Positions 37,886-42,636 of a stretch of 42,636 nt of DNA are shown here, one piece after another. The position numbers and the translations under genes are program-made. The DNA lies in assembly GCA_044222065.1 (NCBI GenBank), contig JBGAOA010000039.1, forward strand, positions 1 to 42,636. Reading direction: 5' to 3'. Origin of the DNA: Candidatus Eiseniibacteriota bacterium. Lineage in GTDB: Bacteria; Eisenbacteria; RBG-16-71-46. Within the stretch, counting starts at the first letter, position 1. Each line of letters starts with the position of its first letter. The notes below the pieces were generated by a model that saw only the letters and a list, made by a program, of their open reading frames with translations, was not told the DNA's origin and made no database searches.

Positions 37886-40800
37886 ATGTCGCACGCCGCA
37901 CTGGAACTCCGCGCGCGGAACCGCCGCGCGGCCGCCGCCGCACTGACGCTCGCGCTCGTCCTCGCCGGAGGCGCGCCGGCGCGCGCCCACGTCGGAGCGC
38001 ACGAGGCCGGGACCGACACCGCGAAGACGACGGCCGACACGACGAAGGCGGCCGACACGGGGTGGTTCGTCAACGCCGCCCACGGCCCCGCCGACACGGT
38101 CCGCTTCGAGGTGCGCGAGGGCACGTGGATGTCGGTAGACGTGAGCCCGGACGGGCGCACGCTCGTGTTCGACCTGCTCGGCGACCTCTACACGCTGCCG
38201 ATCGGCGGCGGGCGCGCGACGCGCATCACGAGCGGACCCGCGTGGGACTACGGACCGCGCTGGTCCCCGGACGGACGGCGGCTGCTCTTCACGAGCGATC
38301 GCGGCGGGTGCGACAATGTGTGGGCGAGCGACGCCGACGGTTCGAATCCGCGGCCCGTGACGGGCGAGAAGCGCGTCGTGAACCAGGGCGACTGGAGCCC
38401 CGACCAGGAATGGGTCGCGTGCAAGAAGCGCCTCACGGACTACAGCTCGCTCGGCACGGCGGAACTGTGGCTCGTGAATCTGCGCGGCGGATCGGGCGTG
38501 CAGATCACCGCGAAGGGCGAACTGCCCGAGGCGGGCGAGCCCGTGTTCTCGCCGGACGGCCGCTACCTCTATTACAGCGCGCGGCCGAGCCGGTACCAGT
38601 ACGACCGCAACGTGTTCGCGGGCATCTACCAGATCCGCCGCTACGACCGCGTGACGGGGGAGAGCACGCCGATCACGGACGGCTTCGGCGGCTCGTGCCG
38701 CCCCGTCGTCTCGCCGGACGGCAAGACGCTCGCGTTCGTGCGCCGCGACCGGCTGAAGACCGTGCTCGGACTGTTCGACCTCGAGCGCGGCACCGAGCGC
38801 ATCCTGTGGGACGGGCTCGACGACGACCTCATGGAGAGCTTTTCGTTCAACGGCGTGTACCCGTCGTTCTCGTTCACGCCCGACGGCAAGTCCATCGTCG
38901 TGAGCGGCGGCGGTCAGCTGCAGCGCGTGGACGTCGCGACCGGCCGCGCGAGCGTGATTCCGTTCACGGCCGCGGTCGAGCAGGTCGTGAGCCGCGCGCT
39001 CCGCTTCCCGCAGCAGGTCGGCACCGACCGCTTCCGCGTGCGCATGATTTCGTGGCCGACGTGGAGCCCGGACGGGCGCACGCTCGTGTTCGCCGCGGTC
39101 GGCAGCCTGTGGCGGCAGTCGCTGCCGAACGGCACGCCGCAGAAGCTCGCGACGCAGGGCGGCCTCGCGTACGCGCCGGCGTTCTCGCCGGACGGCCGCA
39201 CGCTCGCCTACGTGTCGTGGAACGACGCCGAGGGCGGTCACGTGTGGGCGATGCCGGCGGGCGGCGGCGCGTCGAAGCGCGTCACGAGCGTCGCGGCGCA
39301 GTATGCGAACCCCGCGTTCTCGGCGGACGGCTCGAAGCTCGCGCTCGTGCGCGGCGACAACGCGCCCTTCCGCGGCCACGACCTCGGCGACGAAGGCCGG
39401 CAGGAGATCGTGTGGGTGCCCGTGCGCGGCGGCGAGGTCCGGCACGTGCTGGACGTCGAGTCGCGCGGCTCGGCGCGGCGCATGCCGCGCGTGTCGTGGA
39501 ACCCCACGGGCGAGCGGATCTTCTACGTCGCGACCGAGAACACCGGACCGTTCGACCAGAAGACGAGCCTCTGGTCCGTGCGTCCCGACGGCACCGACCG
39601 CATCGAGCACCTGACGTTCAAGTACGCCGAGGAAGTGATCCCGTCCCCGGACGGCAAGTGGGCCGCGTACGTCGAGCAGTTCAATGCCTACCTCACCGCG
39701 CTGCCGCAGGCGGGGCGGAAGGCGGTCGAGATCTCGGGCGAGGACGGACCCGTGCCCGTGAAGAAGTTCACGAACGACGAGGGCGCGGACTGGGTGCAGT
39801 GGGCCGACGGCGGCCGCTCGATCACGTGGTCGTTCGGACCGCGGCTCTTCCGCACGCGTCTCGACTCCGTGCTCGCGCTCTGGGACCGCGAGGCGCTCGC
39901 GAAGGGCAAGAAGGCGTCGCCGCCCGCGGCCGGCGCGAAGGGCGACGCGCCGAAGGAGGCCGCGGCGACGCTCGCGTGCGACACGCTCGAAGTGTCGCTG
40001 TGGCTGCCGCGCGCGAAGCCGGCGGGCACGTACGCGCTCACGGGCGGCCGGCTGATCACGATGAACGGCGACGAGGTCATCGAGGACGGCACGATCGTCG
40101 TCGAGGGCAACCGCATCACGGCGGTCGGGGCGACGGCGGCCGTGACGCTGCCCGCGGGCACGCGCACGTTCGACTGCCGCGGCAAGACGCTCATGCCGGG
40201 CATGATCGACTCGCACGCGCACCTGCACTACAACGCGCTCGACATCATTCCCGAGAAGCAGTGGCCCTACTGGTGCAACCTCGCGTACGGCGTCACGACG
40301 ACGCACGACCCGTCGGCGAGCACCTACGCGGTCTTCACGCAGTCCGAGATGGTGGAAGCCGGCGTCATGAAGGGCCCGCGCACGTTCTCGACGGGCTACA
40401 TCCTGTACGGTGCGGACGGTCCCGGGAAGGCCGTCATCAACAGCCTCGACGACGCACGCCACCACCTGCGCCGGCTCAAGTCGCTCGGCGCGTTCAGCGT
40501 GAAGAGCTACATGCAGCCGCGTCGCGAACAGCGCCAGTGGGTGATCGCCGCCGCGCGCGAGGAGTCGATGCTCGTCGTGCCCGAGGGTGGCGGCAACCTC
40601 GAGATGGACCTGTCGTTCGTCGTGGACGGCCACACCTCGAACGAGCACGCGCTGCCGGTGACGCCGGTCCGCGACGACGTCGCTCAGCTCTTCGGCCACA
40701 GCGGCACGGTCGAGACGCCGACGCTGCTCGTCGCTTACGGCGGGCTCTCGGGCGAGCACTGGTTCTACCAGCACTACGACGCGTGGGCGAACGAGAAGCT

Positions 40801-41296
40801 GCTGCGGTTCTACCCCCGCGGGGCGCTCGATGCGCGTGCGATCCGCCGTCCGGTGATGTCCATCGACGGCGACTGGCACCACATGAAGGTCGCGGCCGGC
40901 TGCAAGCGCATCCTCGAGCGCGGCGGCAAGGTCGGCTTCGGGGCGCACGGCCAGCTGCAGGGCCTCGGTCCCCACTGGGAGCTGTGGGGGCTCACGCAGG
41001 GCGGCATCCGCAACCACGACGCGCTCAAGGCGGCCACGATCACGGGCGCCTGGGAGCTCGGGCTCGACCGCGATCTCGGCAGCCTCGAGCGCGGCAAGCT
41101 CGCCGACATCGTCGTCATGGACCGCAATCCGCTCGACTCGATCGAGAACAGCAACTCGATCCGCTGGGTCGTCAAGAACGGCGAGGTGTTCGACGGCGAC
41201 ACCATGCGTCAGGTGTGGCCGGCCGAGCGGCCTGCGCCGCGCTTCACGTTCCAGACGCTCGGCGGCAGCCTGCCGCCGCCGTCCGCGGCGCACTGA
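37886..41296 (+). CDS. Exported amidohydrolase-family protein with N-terminal TolB/PD40 beta-propeller repeats
   Basis: Signal peptide; EGTWMSVDVSPDG and many (W/F)SPDG repeats; MPGMIDSHAH, SVKSY, GAHGQLQG and GSLERGKLADIVV. Confidence 0.92.
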   Translation: MSHAALELRARNRRAAAAALTLALVLAGGAPARAHVGAHEAGTDTAKTTADTTKAADTGWFVNAAHGPADTVRFEVREGTWMSVDVSPDGRTLVFDLLGDLYTLPIGGGRATRITSGPAWDYGPRWSPDGRRLLFTSDRGGCDNVWASDADGSNPRPVTGEKRVVNQGDWSPDQEWVACKKRLTDYSSLGTAELWLVNLRGGSGVQITAKGELPEAGEPVFSPDGRYLYYSARPSRYQYDRNVFAGIYQIRRYDRVTGESTPITDGFGGSCRPVVSPDGKTLAFVRRDRLKTVLGLFDLERGTERILWDGLDDDLMESFSFNGVYPSFSFTPDGKSIVVSGGGQLQRVDVATGRASVIPFTAAVEQVVSRALRFPQQVGTDRFRVRMISWPTWSPDGRTLVFAAVGSLWRQSLPNGTPQKLATQGGLAYAPAFSPDGRTLAYVSWNDAEGGHVWAMPAGGGASKRVTSVAAQYANPAFSADGSKLALVRGDNAPFRGHDLGDEGRQEIVWVPVRGGEVRHVLDVESRGSARRMPRVSWNPTGERIFYVATENTGPFDQKTSLWSVRPDGTDRIEHLTFKYAEEVIPSPDGKWAAYVEQFNAYLTALPQAGRKAVEISGEDGPVPVKKFTNDEGADWVQWADGGRSITWSFGPRLFRTRLDSVLALWDREALAKGKKASPPAAGAKGDAPKEAAATLACDTLEVSLWLPRAKPAGTYALTGGRLITMNGDEVIEDGTIVVEGNRITAVGATAAVTLPAGTRTFDCRGKTLMPGMIDSHAHLHYNALDIIPEKQWPYWCNLAYGVTTTHDPSASTYAVFTQSEMVEAGVMKGPRTFSTGYILYGADGPGKAVINSLDDARHHLRRLKSLGAFSVKSYMQPRREQRQWVIAAAREESMLVVPEGGGNLEMDLSFVVDGHTSNEHALPVTPVRDDVAQLFGHSGTVETPTLLVAYGGLSGEHWFYQHYDAWANEKLLRFYPRGALDARAIRRPVMSIDGDWHHMKVAAGCKRILERGGKVGFGAHGQLQGLGPHWELWGLTQGGIRNHDALKAATITGAWELGLDRDLGSLERGKLADIVVMDRNPLDSIENSNSIRWVVKNGEVFDGDTMRQVWPAERPAPRFTFQTLGGSLPPPSAAH

Positions 41297-41305
41297 CGGT
41301 CACGC

Positions 41306-41337
41306 GACGGGCCGCGCGAGGGATCGCGCGGCCCGTC
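41306..41337. terminator. GC-rich hairpin between convergent genes (possible terminator)
   Basis: GACGGGCCGCGCGA-GGGA-TCGCGCGGCCCGTC, 14-bp perfect stem; no U-tract. Confidence 0.55.
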
Positions 41338-41341
41338 CGCT

Positions 41342-41758
41342 TCACGCTCCGGGGACTCGCTCGGGCGACTCGACCGCGCGCACGACGATGTCGGGCGGAT
41401 CGTGGAGCACCTTCTTCACCTTGCAGCCCGCGGCCGCCTGCAGGACCGCGTCGCGGTACTTGGCCGGAAATCCCGGCGGGAGCGTGACCTCGATCTCGAC
41501 CGCTTCGAGCTTGCCCGTCAGCGGATCGAAGCGATGGTGCTGCGCGAGCGCGAGCCCTTCGGTCGGAAGGTCGCGCGCCTGGCAGAAACCGAGCACGTAG
41601 ACGCCGGCGCACGTCGCGAGCGAGGCGAGGAAGAGCGCGAACGGCTCGGGGGCGGAGCCTTCGCCGCCGCCGCGCGGCGACTGGTCGGTCCGGATCACGA
41701 AGTCGCCGACCTGCGCGTCCACGCGCTTTCCGCCCGGGAAGGAGACGCCGATGCTCAT
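41342..41758 (-). CDS. OsmC/Ohr-family protein
   Basis: TDQ...GGEGSAPEPFALFLASLATCAG and a second Cys in AAGCKVK. ATG at 41758 overlaps the trx stop. Confidence 0.88.
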   Translation of the reverse strand: MSIGVSFPGGKRVDAQVGDFVIRTDQSPRGGGEGSAPEPFALFLASLATCAGVYVLGFCQARDLPTEGLALAQHHRFDPLTGKLEAVEIEVTLPPGFPAKYRDAVLQAAAGCKVKKVLHDPPDIVVRAVESPERVPGA

Positions 41759-42156
41759 CGCGCGCCTCCCGCCTGCGGCGACGTGCCCGTCGCGAGCGCG
41801 GCGTCCTGCTCGGCGATCTCGCGCCGCACGGCGTCCATGTCGATCTGTTGCGCGCGCGTCACGAGCTCTTCGAGCTGCGCGGCGTTCAGGGCGCCCGGGC
41901 GCGCGTACAACAGCACGTTGTCGCGGAACACCATCAGCGTCGGGATGCTCTGCACCTCGAACGCGGACGAGAGTTCGGGCTGCTGCTCGGTGTTGATCTT
42001 CCCGAAGCGGGCCTCGGGATGGCGCGCGGCGGCGGCTTCGAAGACCGGGCCGAACGAGCGGCACGGGCCGCACCACGGGGCCCACCAGTCCAGAAGGACG
42101 AGTCCGTCGCGAATCGTCGCTTCGAAGTTCTCGGGCGTGACGTCGATCGTGTTCAT
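41755..42156 (-). CDS. trxA: Thioredoxin
   Basis: WWAPWCGPCR and SIPTLM. ATG at 42156 with GGAGG. Confidence 0.93.
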   Translation of the reverse strand: MNTIDVTPENFEATIRDGLVLLDWWAPWCGPCRSFGPVFEAAAARHPEARFGKINTEQQPELSSAFEVQSIPTLMVFRDNVLLYARPGALNAAQLEELVTRAQQIDMDAVRREIAEQDAALATGTSPQAGGAR

Positions 42157-42244
42157 GTGACCTCCCGGACGTATGAGCCCGGGAGGCGTTCGAGGATTCG
42201 CGGAATTCCGGCGGAGGGCCCCGGGAGGGCCCCGGCGAAGCGGC

Positions 42245-42636
42245 TCAGCGCGCCGGGGCGGCTTCCGGGTGCAGCGTGACGCGCAGCACGTCCCGATCGA
42301 GCGCCACGGTCGCGCGTTTCGCACGGAGCGTCACGCCCGGCAGCTCGAGCGCGAGCGGCCGCGGCTCGGAAGCGCCGAGCACGGCGGGGGCGAGGCGGCG
42401 CGCGAGTTCGGCGCGCGGCAGGCGCGACTCGAGCCGGAGGAGCACCTCGCGACGGCGCGTGTCGCGCAGCAGCGGGAGCGCGAACTGCTCGCTCAACAGC
42501 GAGCCGTCGTCGAACTCGGCCTCGATCGGCACCTGGCCGAAGATCGTGCGCACGGAGTCGAGCACGGTGATGCCGAACGGCGTGAAGCCGCGCGCGACGC
42601 GCGGCGCCGCGAGCCGCGAGTAGTCCACGAGCAGCC
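42245..42636 (-). CDS. Hypothetical protein, C-terminal part (5' end beyond window)
   Basis: Open frame to the window edge with protein-like composition; no family recognised. Confidence 0.5.
   Translation of the reverse strand, partial: LLVDYSRLAAPRVARGFTPFGITVLDSVRTIFGQVPIEAEFDDGSLLSEQFALPLLRDTRRREVLLRLESRLPRAELARRLAPAVLGASEPRPLALELPGVTLRAKRATVALDRDVLRVTLHPEAAPAR

Overview
High-GC (about 70%+ by eye) bacterial chromosomal segment from a diderm. The FlgD-Ig/T9SS-CTD-like tail on a large secreted protein tentatively suggests an FCB-affiliated lineage such as Ca. Eisenbacteria. I saw no rRNA, tRNA, CRISPR array or mobile element. Contents: (1) a partial prepilin-like gene with a sigma-54-type promoter, dut and an S9 peptidase; (2) a 13.4-kb minus-strand chemosensory cluster: cheY, orf, cheA (no P2 domain), mcp, cheW, mcp (N-terminus deleted and frameshifted), a cheR-cheD fusion, cheB, a TorF-like porin, cheX, cheY2, a globin-coupled receptor and a cheX-like gene; (3) a CPA2 antiporter; (4) a TlpA-DUF4266-DUF3570-ApbE flavinylation cluster followed by a heptaheme cytochrome c; (5) a four-domain S1 protein, a DUF4199/membrane-LuxR pair with palindromic operators, and an OM beta-barrel plus MCP pair; (6) glnS; (7) a 1473-aa secreted fusion of GSDH propeller, PKD, lectin-like, Ig, pentaheme cytochrome c and CTD; (8) a Tat-signal Mn-type SOD, a PD40-amidohydrolase, osmC-like and trxA. 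Two non-coding patterns recur. Five TCAA-N15/16-RCCGA sigma-28-like promoters precede the taxis genes and a porin. A CGTGCA-N3-TGCACG palindrome occurs in four intergenic regions, upstream of the prepilin gene, the che operon and both multiheme cytochrome genes. I infer a possible regulon linking redox taxis, pili and extracytoplasmic electron transfer. All family calls come from motif recognition by eye, not database searches.
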